Assembly (NCBI GenBank): GCA_964518735.1
Contig: CAZFKQ010000015.1
Location: forward strand, 16,979 to 80,978
Length of the DNA stretch: 64,000 nt
Reading direction: 5' to 3'
Source: an uncultured Pseudomonas sp.
GTDB taxonomy: Bacteria > Pseudomonadota > Gammaproteobacteria > Pseudomonadales > Pseudomonadaceae
Shown: piece after piece, positions 32,070-40,595 of the stretch
Layout: every line of letters begins with the position of its first letter
Position numbering within the stretch: position 1 is the first letter of the stretch
The notes under the pieces: model-generated
What the model saw: only the letters and a program-made list of their open reading frames with translations
The model's database searches: none
Told to the model about the DNA's origin: nothing
Translations under genes and position numbers: made by a program

Positions 32070-32285
32070 ATGGGCGCGCATGAGTGGGCACGGGTAGAGG
32101 TTGAACGCAGTTTGCAGCAGGCGCATGCGCTGGGTATCGACCCCGTATTGGCATTGCGCGCATTGCTGAGCGCGGTGGTGCAGAGCAATCAGCAGCTTCG
32201 CGCACCTAGTGATCTGGCCGCCGAGTTGCTGTTTCTGGCTGACAACCTTGATGACCAGCGCGACTACGCCTTCATGCGTCCCTGA
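32070..32285 (+). CDS. Small hypothetical protein
   Basis: 71-aa ORF filling the gap before the convergent yacG; C-terminal YAFMRP. Confidence 0.65.
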   Translation: MGAHEWARVEVERSLQQAHALGIDPVLALRALLSAVVQSNQQLRAPSDLAAELLFLADNLDDQRDYAFMRP

Positions 32286-32360
32286 GGGGGGGTAGTCGCG
32301 CTGCCGTTTTTCTTGGGGGCTCGCTGCCGAAGTGGTTATCCCAGGCAACCCAAATTGGGC

Positions 32361-32555
32361 TTAGTGCTCGCGCGGCGGAAGCTCGCCGGAAAACAACTCG
32401 TCTTCGATGGTATCGCCAGGGATCACATGGCTTTCCGAGGCCCAGGCGCCCAGATCGATCAGCTTGCAGCGCTCGCTGCAGAAAGGCCGGCTCGGGCTTT
32501 GCGGGCCCCATTCGACGGGGGCGCCGCAGGTTGGGCATTCAACAGTACTGCTCAA
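32361..32555 (-). CDS. yacG: DNA gyrase inhibitor
   Basis: CPTC...[17 protein letters not shown] zinc motif. Confidence 0.95.
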   Translation of the reverse strand: MSSTVECPTCGAPVEWGPQSPSRPFCSERCKLIDLGAWASESHVIPGDTIEDELFSGELPPREH

Positions 32556-33163
32556 GGTTTTCCTCCACGCAGGGTCAGGTAAAAGTGGTGCAGACGCTCG
32601 ACCTCGTTGCGCAGCCAGGCCTGGTCGCGGTCGTTGTGCAGCACATCGTGAGCATGCCGCAAGCGTTCATCACGCTTGGCCTGTACATTGAGGATGGCTT
32701 GTATCTGCTCTGCTGAGGCCTGGTCGCGGGCCATGGTGCGCTGCAGTTGCAGTTGTTCGGGCACATCCACTACCAGTACGCGCTGGGTCATACGGTACTG
32801 GCCGGACTCGACCAGTAGCGGTGAAACCAGAATGGCATAGGGGGATTCTGCGCGCGCCAGGTAGCTGCGGATCTCCTCGCCGATCAACGGATGCAGCAGG
32901 CTTTCCAGCCAGCGCCGTTGTTGTTCGTCCTGGAAAATCAGCTGACGCAGTGCGCCACGATCAAGCTGACCGTCAGGCTGCAGGACGTGCGGGCCAAAAT
33001 GCTCAGCTATGCGAGCCAGCGCCGGACGGCCTGGCTCGACCACCCAGCGTGCGGCATGGTCGGCATCGACCAGATGCACGCCGAGTCGGGTGAAATGCTC
33101 GGCGGCGGCACTCTTGCCGCTACCGATGCCGCCTGTGAGTCCAAGAATCCAGGGTGTGCTCAT
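32552..33163 (-). CDS. coaE: Dephospho-CoA kinase
   Basis: [27 protein letters not shown]. Confidence 0.96.
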   Translation of the reverse strand: MSTPWILGLTGGIGSGKSAAAEHFTRLGVHLVDADHAARWVVEPGRPALARIAEHFGPHVLQPDGQLDRGALRQLIFQDEQQRRWLESLLHPLIGEEIRSYLARAESPYAILVSPLLVESGQYRMTQRVLVVDVPEQLQLQRTMARDQASAEQIQAILNVQAKRDERLRHAHDVLHNDRDQAWLRNEVERLHHFYLTLRGGKP

Positions 33164-34030
33164 TTAAAACCGGGCAAATTGCAAATAGGCTCCAGTTATT
33201 TGATCACCCCAGAGCAGCGCAATCCAGCCGGCAATCGCCAGATAGGGGCCAAAGGGGATGGGCGTGCTGGTTTCTTGATTGCGCAAGCGCAGCATGATCA
33301 CACCCAGCACGGCGCCCACCAGCGATGACAGCAGAATGGTCAGCGGCAGGATTTGCCAGCCGCCCCAGGCGCCAAGCATGGCCAGCAGCTTGAAGTCGCC
33401 ATAGCCCATGCCTTCCTTGCCGGTCACCAGCTTGAACAGCCAGTACACCGACCACAGGCTCAGGTAGCCGGCAATCGCGCCCCACAGGGCATCGCCGAGG
33501 CTGGCGAACAAGCCGTGATAGTTGAGGATCAGCCCCAGCCAGAGCAGCGGCAGCACCAGCGTATCGGGCAGCAGTTGGTGGTCCGTATCGATCAGGCTCA
33601 TGGCCAGCAGGCCCCAGCTCAATACCAGCATGGCGCCGGCCTGCCAGCCGAAGCCGAAGTGCCAGGCTACATAGGCAGAGAGCAGGCCGCAGGTGAGCTC
33701 CACCAGCGGGTAGCGCTTACTGATAGGCGCCTTGCAGCTGGAGCATTTGCCGCGTAGCGCCAGCCAGCTCAGAACCGGGATGTTTTCCCAAGGCTTGATC
33801 TGGTGTCCGCAATGCGGGCAGCTGGAGTGCGGGAGGACCAGATTGAAGGTCTCGCCAGCGGGCTCTTCGGGCAGTTCGAGGATTTCCCGTGCCTGCATGC
33901 GCCATTCGCGCTGCATCATTTTTGGCAGGCGGTAGACCACCACATTGAGAAAGCTGCCGATCAGCAGGCCGAGCAGCAGTGCGGGTAAAACAAAGGCCGG
34001 CAAATTGCCGGCCAGGAGTTCAGCTGGCAT
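33164..34030 (-). CDS. pilD: Prepilin peptidase/N-methyltransferase
   Basis: GSFLNVVVYRLP, CPHC and CSSC, GMGYGDFKL, PFGPYLA. Confidence 0.97.
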   Translation of the reverse strand: MPAELLAGNLPAFVLPALLLGLLIGSFLNVVVYRLPKMMQREWRMQAREILELPEEPAGETFNLVLPHSSCPHCGHQIKPWENIPVLSWLALRGKCSSCKAPISKRYPLVELTCGLLSAYVAWHFGFGWQAGAMLVLSWGLLAMSLIDTDHQLLPDTLVLPLLWLGLILNYHGLFASLGDALWGAIAGYLSLWSVYWLFKLVTGKEGMGYGDFKLLAMLGAWGGWQILPLTILLSSLVGAVLGVIMLRLRNQETSTPIPFGPYLAIAGWIALLWGDQITGAYLQFARF

Positions 34031-34033
34031 TAA

Positions 34034-35254
34034 TCAACCTACAACAGAGCCGAGGGTGAATATGGGTAGGTACATGGCGATGATCAGGCCACCTACCAAT
34101 ACACCTAAAACCGCCATGATCATGGGCTCCATTAGTGTGGTTAGGTTGTCTACAGCGTTGTCGACCTCTGCCTCGTAAAACGAAGCAACCTTGTCGAGCA
34201 TTTCATCCAGTGCTCCTGACTCTTCGCCGATTGCGGTCATTTGAATCGCCATGCTTGGAAAGACGTCAACTGTACGCATAGCAAAGTTTAGTTGTATCCC
34301 AGAAGAGACATCCTGTTTTATCTTTTGCACTGCGTTACGGAAAACTACGTTGCCAGTGGCGCCGGCAACGGAGTCTAGCGCTTCAACTAGAGGCACCCCT
34401 GCTGAAAATGTAGTTGCCAGTGTGCGTGCATAACGTGCAACCACTGCCTTGTACATGATGTCGCCGACGATTGGCATTTTGAGCAGTGTGCGGTCCAGTG
34501 TGTCGCGAAACTTTTCTGAGCGTTTGTAGGTGTTTTGAAATAAAAATACGGCAGCGAACAGAAACCCTAGCACTGCGAACCACCACACCTGAATCCAGCG
34601 TGAAAGGTCTACAACCATTTGTGTGAAGCCGGGTAGTTCTGCTCCAAAGCCAGAAAATACATCTTCAAATTGCGGAACCACTTTGATCAACAGAATGGCT
34701 GTGACAATAACCGCAACGATGACAACTGCGATCGGATAGGTCATTGCTTTTTTAATTTTGGCTTTGAGTGCTTCGGTCTTTTCTTTGTAGGTTGCTACTC
34801 GGTCTAGCAGTGATTCCAAGGAGCCTGACTGTTCGCCAGCATCTACTAAATTGCAATACAGGTCGTCAAAGTACAGTGGCCTCTTGCGCAATGAAGAGGC
34901 AAAGCTATTGCCTGCGGCTACATCCTGCTTCACTTCGTCAACTAGCTTGCGCATGTTGGGGTTGTCGAAGCCTTCGCCGATTATATCGAACGATTGTAAC
35001 AGCGGTACGCCAGCTTTCATCATCGTCGCCATTTGTCGTGTGAACAGGGCGATATCCATCGGCTTAATTTTTTTGCCGGCGCTGAGAAATGACAAGCCTT
35101 CCTTGCGTACTTTGATCGGATTGATGCCCTGCTTGCGTAACTGGGCCTTTATCAATGCAGGGGATTGACCGTTGAGCTTGCCTTTAATTTTTGCGCCTTT
35201 TTTATCTGTACCTTCCCAGACATAGGAGCTGGTTTTGAGCGCTTTCTCAGCCAT
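34034..35254 (-). CDS. pilC: Type IV pilus platform protein
   Basis: FTRQMATMMKAGVPL, GEQSGSL, GEESGALD, EPMIMAVLG. Confidence 0.96.
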   Translation of the reverse strand: MAEKALKTSSYVWEGTDKKGAKIKGKLNGQSPALIKAQLRKQGINPIKVRKEGLSFLSAGKKIKPMDIALFTRQMATMMKAGVPLLQSFDIIGEGFDNPNMRKLVDEVKQDVAAGNSFASSLRKRPLYFDDLYCNLVDAGEQSGSLESLLDRVATYKEKTEALKAKIKKAMTYPIAVVIVAVIVTAILLIKVVPQFEDVFSGFGAELPGFTQMVVDLSRWIQVWWFAVLGFLFAAVFLFQNTYKRSEKFRDTLDRTLLKMPIVGDIMYKAVVARYARTLATTFSAGVPLVEALDSVAGATGNVVFRNAVQKIKQDVSSGIQLNFAMRTVDVFPSMAIQMTAIGEESGALDEMLDKVASFYEAEVDNAVDNLTTLMEPMIMAVLGVLVGGLIIAMYLPIFTLGSVVG

Positions 35255-35256
35255 GG

Positions 35257-36960
35257 TTAGTCCTTGGTCACGCGGTTGACTTCCTCAAGGCTGGTCACGC
35301 CCTGAATAGCTTTCAGTAAGCCGGAAGTTCGTAAGTCGTTGAAGCCGTCTTTTCGCATCTGCACGGCAATATCGATGGAGTTGCCTTCTTCCATGATAAT
35401 CCGTTGCAGGTTGGGCGTGTTTTTAACTACTTCATAAATACCAACACGTCCCTTGTAACCCCCTTTGCAGTTTTCACAGCCTATAGGGCCATAAAGCTTG
35501 AAGGTGCCAATCTTGTTTTCTGGGAAGCCTTCCTTGAGAAGTGCTTCGCGGGGTATGTCAACTTCTTTCTTGCAGCTATTGCAAAGCTTGCGGGCTAGGC
35601 GCTGGGCAATGATCAGGTTAACTGAGGTTGCAATGTTGAAAGAGGGGACGCCCATGTTGCGCAGGCGGGTCAGAGTTTCTGCCGCGCTGTTGGTATGCAG
35701 TGTAGACATAACCATGTGCCCAGTTTGGGCGGCTTTGATAGCAATTGAGGCTGTATCGAGGTCGCGAATCTCTCCGACCATTATGATGTCTGGGTCCTGC
35801 CGCAGAAAAGCGCGTAAGGCCTGGGTGAAGTCCATACCCTGTTTCGGGTTTACGTTGACTTGGTTGATGCCTTCCAAGTTAATTTCCACTGGGTCTTCGG
35901 CGGTGGAAATGTTCACGTCTACTGTGTTGAGTATGTTCAGGCCGGTATACAGTGAAACAGTCTTGCCTGATCCGGTTGGGCCAGTCACTAGAATCATGCC
36001 CTGTGGTTGCTTCAGAGCGCTCATGTAGAGGTCTTTCTGCTCTTCCTCGTAGCCAAGTGCATCAATACCCATTTGAGCGCTGCTGGGGTCGAGAATCCGC
36101 ATTACAATTTTCTCTCCCCACAAGGTGGGGAGGGTGTTGACCCGAAAGTCGATGGCCTTGGTTTTGGATATTTTCATCTTGATCCGGCCATCCTGAGGCT
36201 TGCGCCTTTCGGAAATATCTAAACCGGCCATGACCTTCAGGCGCGCGGATAGTCGGGGGGCTAGTTGAATAGGGGGGCGTGCCACTTCGTGTAGGATGCC
36301 GTCGGTACGGAAGCGTACTCTGTACGCTTTTTCATAGGGTTCAAAGTGCAGATCTGACGATCCTCCTTTGATTGCATCCAGCAGCATTTTGTTGACAAAG
36401 CGTACAACAGGAGCATCGTCAGCGTCGCCACCTGTGCTGTTATCATCGGCATCCTCATCAACTGCCTGGACGTCAAGTCCATCTAGATCTACGTCGCCCA
36501 AGTCCTCCATGCCGCTATTGCCGGAGTCAAAGAGTTTTTCGATGGCTTCGCCGAGCTTGTCATCATCGACAAGCAAGGATTCAGTGCTTAGTCCTGTACT
36601 GAACTGTACATCGGTTACGGCTTGGTGGTTGGTTGGATCTGATATCGCTATAAACAGCTTGTTGCCGCGCTTATGCAGCGGAAGGACTCGATGCTGACGG
36701 CAGAGTTTCTCGCTGACTAAGTCGCGTGGCTGGTTTTCTTTATCCAGGCAGCTGAGGTCAAAATAAGGTAGGCCGAACTGATCCGCCGCTACCTCGGTAA
36801 TGCTACGGCTACTGGCAATTTTATGTTGGACCAGATAGGTGACAAGCGGTATTTGGTTACGCTGTGCTTGTGCTTGTGCCTGGCTAGCAGTCTTGCTATC
36901 GAGCAACTCTGCTGCTACCAGTTGGCGGGCTAGACCTGTGAGGGGGGGGGTTTCACTCAT
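35257..36960 (-). CDS. pilB: Type IV pilus extension ATPase
   Basis: GPTGSGKT, LRQDPDIIMVGEIRD, STLHTN, CNSC/CENC zinc motif. Confidence 0.97.
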   Translation of the reverse strand: MSETPPLTGLARQLVAAELLDSKTASQAQAQAQRNQIPLVTYLVQHKIASSRSITEVAADQFGLPYFDLSCLDKENQPRDLVSEKLCRQHRVLPLHKRGNKLFIAISDPTNHQAVTDVQFSTGLSTESLLVDDDKLGEAIEKLFDSGNSGMEDLGDVDLDGLDVQAVDEDADDNSTGGDADDAPVVRFVNKMLLDAIKGGSSDLHFEPYEKAYRVRFRTDGILHEVARPPIQLAPRLSARLKVMAGLDISERRKPQDGRIKMKISKTKAIDFRVNTLPTLWGEKIVMRILDPSSAQMGIDALGYEEEQKDLYMSALKQPQGMILVTGPTGSGKTVSLYTGLNILNTVDVNISTAEDPVEINLEGINQVNVNPKQGMDFTQALRAFLRQDPDIIMVGEIRDLDTASIAIKAAQTGHMVMSTLHTNSAAETLTRLRNMGVPSFNIATSVNLIIAQRLARKLCNSCKKEVDIPREALLKEGFPENKIGTFKLYGPIGCENCKGGYKGRVGIYEVVKNTPNLQRIIMEEGNSIDIAVQMRKDGFNDLRTSGLLKAIQGVTSLEEVNRVTKD

Positions 36961-37038
36961 AAAATGTGTGCTGCGCAGTAGGGGGGCTCTCGCACTTATA
37001 GCCCAAATTCAAGAAAGGCCCAAGCAGCAGCTTCGCGG

Positions 37039-37063
37039 GTGACGAAATGTGTCACATCTTGTC
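37039..37063 (+). promoter_or_regulatory. Candidate PilR upstream activator sites
   Basis: GTGAC-N7-GTCAC inverted repeat plus a further TGTC, about 65-90 bp upstream of the sigma54 site. Confidence 0.5.
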
Positions 37064-37126
37064 AAAGATGCGGTCTTCTTCGGTGGCTGCTGGGGATGTA
37101 ATGGCTTCTAGGTGTTGTTTCTCGTA

Positions 37127-37143
37127 TTGGCATGCAATGTGCA
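37127..37143 (+). promoter_or_regulatory. Sigma54 -24/-12 promoter of the pilin genes
   Basis: TTGGCATGCAATGTGCA: GG 37129-37130, 10-nt spacer, GC 37141-37142. Confidence 0.8.
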
Positions 37144-37188
37144 TTTTCAAGCGCAGGTCGTTGACCTTAACCACACAGGAGCATTTCC

Positions 37189-37374
37189 ATGAAGTCCCTC
37201 AAGAAGCAAAAAGGCTTTACCCTGATCGAGCTGATGATCGTGGTTGCAATCATTGGTATTCTGGCTGCCATCGCCATTCCGCAGTTCAATGAGTATCGTG
37301 CCAAGGCGAACGACTCGTCTGCCAAGGCGGACACCAAGAACATGATCACCGTCATCTCTGCAGCAATGATCTGA
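37189..37374 (+). CDS. pilA: Truncated type IVa pilin, helix only (PilA-N-like)
   Basis: Class III leader [31 protein letters not shown]; 52-aa mature chain; RBS AGGAG. Confidence 0.92.
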   Translation: MKSLKKQKGFTLIELMIVVAIIGILAAIAIPQFNEYRAKANDSSAKADTKNMITVISAAMI

Positions 37375-37392
37375 TTTTCCAGGAGAATTTTT

Positions 37393-37839
37393 ATGAATAA
37401 GCAACTTATTGCCGCTTTGATGGCTGCTGGGCTGGGTGTTGCATCGAGCATGGCTTTCGCTGCTCCTGCTGCATTTCAGAACAACCAAGAAGTAACCGGC
37501 GGTGTCGGTAATGATTGTGCTCTTCTTGCTGAAGACGTGACCCTTGGCGTTTCCAAGAACGTGCATGGTGCTTATAACTGCGACGAAACAGAGAACCTTG
37601 TTCAGGTTGCTGCCTGTCATGAAGGTGGCAGCCGTCAGGTTGGTGTTGCCTGTGTTGACCTAGATCCGCTCGTTGTAGGTGATCAGCTGCCACCGGGTTG
37701 CGCTCAAGCAGGTGGTAACTCTACTATTCCGGATTACAAGGCTTTCTTCACCTCTAGTGAAGGTGGCGTGATGCAGGAATACCAGTTGGGTGCTCGTTGT
37801 GATGCGGGTACTATTGTTGGTATTGACGGTTTTGACTGA
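37393..37839 (+). CDS. Sec-exported Cys-rich protein, putative PilA-C-like pilin head
   Basis: Own RBS AGGAG; signal peptide MNKQLIAALMAAGLGVASSMAFA/A; 6 Cys; Gly-rich; directly after the truncated pilin. Confidence 0.8.
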   Translation: MNKQLIAALMAAGLGVASSMAFAAPAAFQNNQEVTGGVGNDCALLAEDVTLGVSKNVHGAYNCDETENLVQVAACHEGGSRQVGVACVDLDPLVVGDQLPPGCAQAGGNSTIPDYKAFFTSSEGGVMQEYQLGARCDAGTIVGIDGFD

Positions 37840-37870
37840 TCGGTTTGCGCTGATTTGATTGATACTGCTG

Positions 37871-37907
37871 AAGAAATCGCTTGGCTTAGCCAAGCGATTT
37901 CTTTTTG
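37871..37907 (+). terminator. Intrinsic terminator closing the two-gene pilin unit
   Basis: AAGAAATCGCTTGGC-TTA-GCCAAGCGATTTCTT (15-bp stem) then T-run. Confidence 0.88.
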
Positions 37908-38029
37908 TTTGTGCTGTATGCCTTTGAAATTCGTTATATCGAGTGCAGTGAGCGGATTTTAGTAAGTTTAATGAGTGTGTGGTGGATGAGGATGTTTAGC
38001 ACAGCAAATTATCACTGGGTTTCTCGCGC

Positions 38030-38839
38030 ATGACATTCTTCTCTGGTTGCTTCTTCGGGCTGCGTCTAGCGCTGAGGGCCCGTTTTTTACCTGTTTCGTT
38101 GTGGCTGCTTGGCCTGATTTTATTAGCGGCAGCGTTGGCCGCCCAGTTTAGTGGACGCCAGCCCGCCAGTGTTGCTTTGGATGTGGGTATTTCTACGATC
38201 CGTCTTGTTTTGCCTTTCGTTGTTGTTTTACTTGTTCAGGAAATCATTTCCCGCGAATTCGAGCGGCGTTATTTTTTGAATACCTTGAGTTTTCCGTTCA
38301 CGCGTGCACAGTTCCTATTGCAGCGTTTCTGTGCAGTTACCCTTCTTAGTCAAATGCTTTTGTTGGTGTCGGCTGCTGCTTTGGCGCTATCCGTTTGGCT
38401 GATTTCTGCAGGCTACGAGCAAGGCACTGCTGTAGCGTTGGGTAAGCATTATTGGCTAACCATCCTGTTCATCGCTGTAGAGCTCTGTGTTCTAGCGGCT
38501 TTAGCTACGCTTCTGGCAGTCACAGCCTCGACACCAAGCTTTGTGCTCATAGGTACCTTCGGTTTTCTACTGGTCGCTCGTTCTTTTGCTTCTATTATCG
38601 AGTTATTGGCTCGTAATCAATATGTGGTTCACGATGCGGAGCGCTATAGTGCAGGGATTGGCATGCTCGGTTACCTGTTGCCTGATCTGGGGGCTTTGGA
38701 TGTGCGGATGATCGCGCTTTATGGGCGCATGGAGTTTCTTCCGTCGGACTGGCTCTGGTTGGTGCTTTCTAGTGCATGCTACGCAGCAGGTCTGCTGGCA
38801 TTGGCAGTATGGGCGCTCAATCGAAAGCGTTTTGCCTGA
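38030..38839 (+). CDS. ABC-2 type permease (PilI/Xap-like)
   Basis: About 6 hydrophobic segments; ISREFERR...FPFTRAQFLLQRF; YLLPDL; C-terminal RKRFA. Confidence 0.8.
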   Translation: MTFFSGCFFGLRLALRARFLPVSLWLLGLILLAAALAAQFSGRQPASVALDVGISTIRLVLPFVVVLLVQEIISREFERRYFLNTLSFPFTRAQFLLQRFCAVTLLSQMLLLVSAAALALSVWLISAGYEQGTAVALGKHYWLTILFIAVELCVLAALATLLAVTASTPSFVLIGTFGFLLVARSFASIIELLARNQYVVHDAERYSAGIGMLGYLLPDLGALDVRMIALYGRMEFLPSDWLWLVLSSACYAAGLLALAVWALNRKRFA

Positions 38840-38841
38840 AT

Positions 38842-39675
38842 ATGTCACGTCGTCATATCCCCCTATTGTTAGCCTTGCTGGGTTTCACTCTATTTGCAGG
38901 TGTTGCTTTCTGGCGTGCCCAATTACCAATCAAGCCAAGCCTTGAGGCGGGTTTGGATCGGGTTGTAATAAGTGCTCCCATCTTGGTTGTGCTCTACGGC
39001 GGTGATCGCTTCCTTGCTGCAGATTTGGAAGTTGTGCGCCTAGCTGCTACCGGTCTCGATGATAGGGGGGTAGACACGGGATACTTGGTTCGCGCTCAGC
39101 AAGAGGTTGCCCGGCTCAATCCCTGTCATGAAGACAATTACTATCTGGCTAATGGTCTGCTTACCTGGGGTGGGGCAGTTGCGGAGGGTAATCGGGTGCT
39201 TGAGGCGGCGGTGGAGTGTCGTTTTTGGGACTATGTCCCCCCGTTTTTTTATGGCGTCAATTTGAGCTTTTTTCAGCGTGATAACGCGAAGGCCGCTCGC
39301 GTGCTGGAGTTTGGCGCTGAGCGCTCCCCAGAGAATGCCGCCGCTTTGCGTAAGCTCGCGATTATGCTGCAGGCTGAGCAGTTTTCCGACGAGCGTCTGG
39401 TGTTGGGGTATTTGACTCAGCAGCGCGATTCGACCAGTGATCCAAAGCTCAGAGGGATGCTTAATAAGCGAGTGATCCGTATTCAGGGGCTTTTAGATTT
39501 GCGTTTGGCGCAGCGGCGGTATGAAAAAGTACGCGGCCCTTTGCAAAGCCTTCAACAGTTGCTCGATAGTGGTGAGTTGGCGAAAATTCCCGATGATCCG
39601 CTGCGTATTGGCTATGAAATCAAAAACGGCCGTATCGAATTGAAGAAACTTAAAATCGCTGGGATGGAGGGCTAG
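38842..39675 (+). CDS. Membrane-anchored TPR-like protein (PilG/XapA-like)
   Basis: N-terminal TM; LNPCHEDNYYLA...RFWDYVPPFFYGVNLSFFQRD helical repeats; ATG 38842 just after the permease stop. Confidence 0.7.
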   Translation: MSRRHIPLLLALLGFTLFAGVAFWRAQLPIKPSLEAGLDRVVISAPILVVLYGGDRFLAADLEVVRLAATGLDDRGVDTGYLVRAQQEVARLNPCHEDNYYLANGLLTWGGAVAEGNRVLEAAVECRFWDYVPPFFYGVNLSFFQRDNAKAARVLEFGAERSPENAAALRKLAIMLQAEQFSDERLVLGYLTQQRDSTSDPKLRGMLNKRVIRIQGLLDLRLAQRRYEKVRGPLQSLQQLLDSGELAKIPDDPLRIGYEIKNGRIELKKLKIAGMEG

Positions 39676-39677
39676 CC

Positions 39678-40595
39678 TTGGGCGTGGCGCTGGAGTTTTT
39701 GCAAGTCAGCCAGACCTTTCGCGCCAAGGGCAAGGAAGTCCGTGCTCTGCGGGATGTGAGCTTTGCCTTGGATGAGGGTGAGGTTTTTGGTTTTGTTGGG
39801 CCGAATGGTGCGGGCAAGTCCACAACCATAAAGGTGATGCTGGACATCATTAATGACTATCAGGGGCGAGTGCTTATTTACGGAGTTGATGCCTGTCGCG
39901 CCGAATCCCGCACAGATATTGCCTACGTACCGGAGTCTCCAGCGCTATATGAGCAGTTCACTCCGCTGGAGATCCTGCGAATGGGTCTTTCCATGCACGG
40001 TATCAAGCGCAAGGATGCTGATGCTTGGTGTATGCAATGGTTGGAGCGCTTTTCTGTTGCTGCGGCCGCCAAGCGCCGCATTCGTGAGTTGTCCAAGGGT
40101 ACGGTGCAGCGTGTGGCGCTTGCTCATGCCATGGTCGTTCAGCCCAAGTTGCTGATTCTCGATGAGCCGCTTTCTGGTCTCGATCCGGTGGGGCGCAAGG
40201 ATGTGGTGGATATCCTCAATGAGTACAAGAGCCAAGGCGGTGCGATCTTTTTCACTTCCCATGTGCTGCACGATGTCGAGCGTATTGCCGACCGTTTTGG
40301 CTTTATCAACAAGGGGGAGTTGTTGACGGTGCGCTCCCCGCGTGAATTGGCGGCTGAGCGTGCAGATACCTTGCTGGTGCGTTTCAACGCTGCGGAAGGC
40401 TTTGCGCCGGAAGCCAAACGTCTGCGTGAGGGGGAGTTCGAGTGTGAGCTGATGCAGGCGGAACTGCCTGCTTTTGTCACACGGCTCAATCAGGCTGCTG
40501 GGCATATCCTCACGATCAAGCCGGCTGTCTCGCTGGAAACCGTATTCTTCAAGATTCTCGGTGATGCCGCGCGCAAGGATGCGCCGGTAGTCTGA
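39678..40595 (+). CDS. ABC transporter ATPase (PilH/XapD-like)
   Basis: GPNGAGKST, variant signature LSKGT, LILDEPLSGLDP, FFTSH; TTG start. Confidence 0.88.
   Translation: MGVALEFLQVSQTFRAKGKEVRALRDVSFALDEGEVFGFVGPNGAGKSTTIKVMLDIINDYQGRVLIYGVDACRAESRTDIAYVPESPALYEQFTPLEILRMGLSMHGIKRKDADAWCMQWLERFSVAAAAKRRIRELSKGTVQRVALAHAMVVQPKLLILDEPLSGLDPVGRKDVVDILNEYKSQGGAIFFTSHVLHDVERIADRFGFINKGELLTVRSPRELAAERADTLLVRFNAAEGFAPEAKRLREGEFECELMQAELPAFVTRLNQAAGHILTIKPAVSLETVFFKILGDAARKDAPVV

Noticed and set aside
37216-37374. Conductive e-pilin or nanowire claim based on the short Geobacter-like pilin
   Set aside because: The mature chain has only 3 aromatics in 52 aa (F1, F24, Y27; about 6%) and lacks equivalents of Geobacter Y32, F51 and Y57. 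No multiheme cytochrome genes are in the window, and the nanowire role of PilA-N itself is disputed.
37189-37839. pilA as a pseudogene broken by one nonsense codon (both ORFs are in the same frame with 6 sense codons between them)
   Set aside because: The second ORF has its own RBS and a complete Sec signal peptide. Read-through would put a hydrophobic signal sequence inside a pilin head. Raw reads should still be checked.
37393-40595. Assigning these genes to tfpO/pilO, tfpY, tfpW/tfpX or tfpZ
   Set aside because: No O-antigen-ligase-like or GT-C glycosyltransferase architecture is visible; the genes are a soluble secreted protein and an ABC-2 trio.
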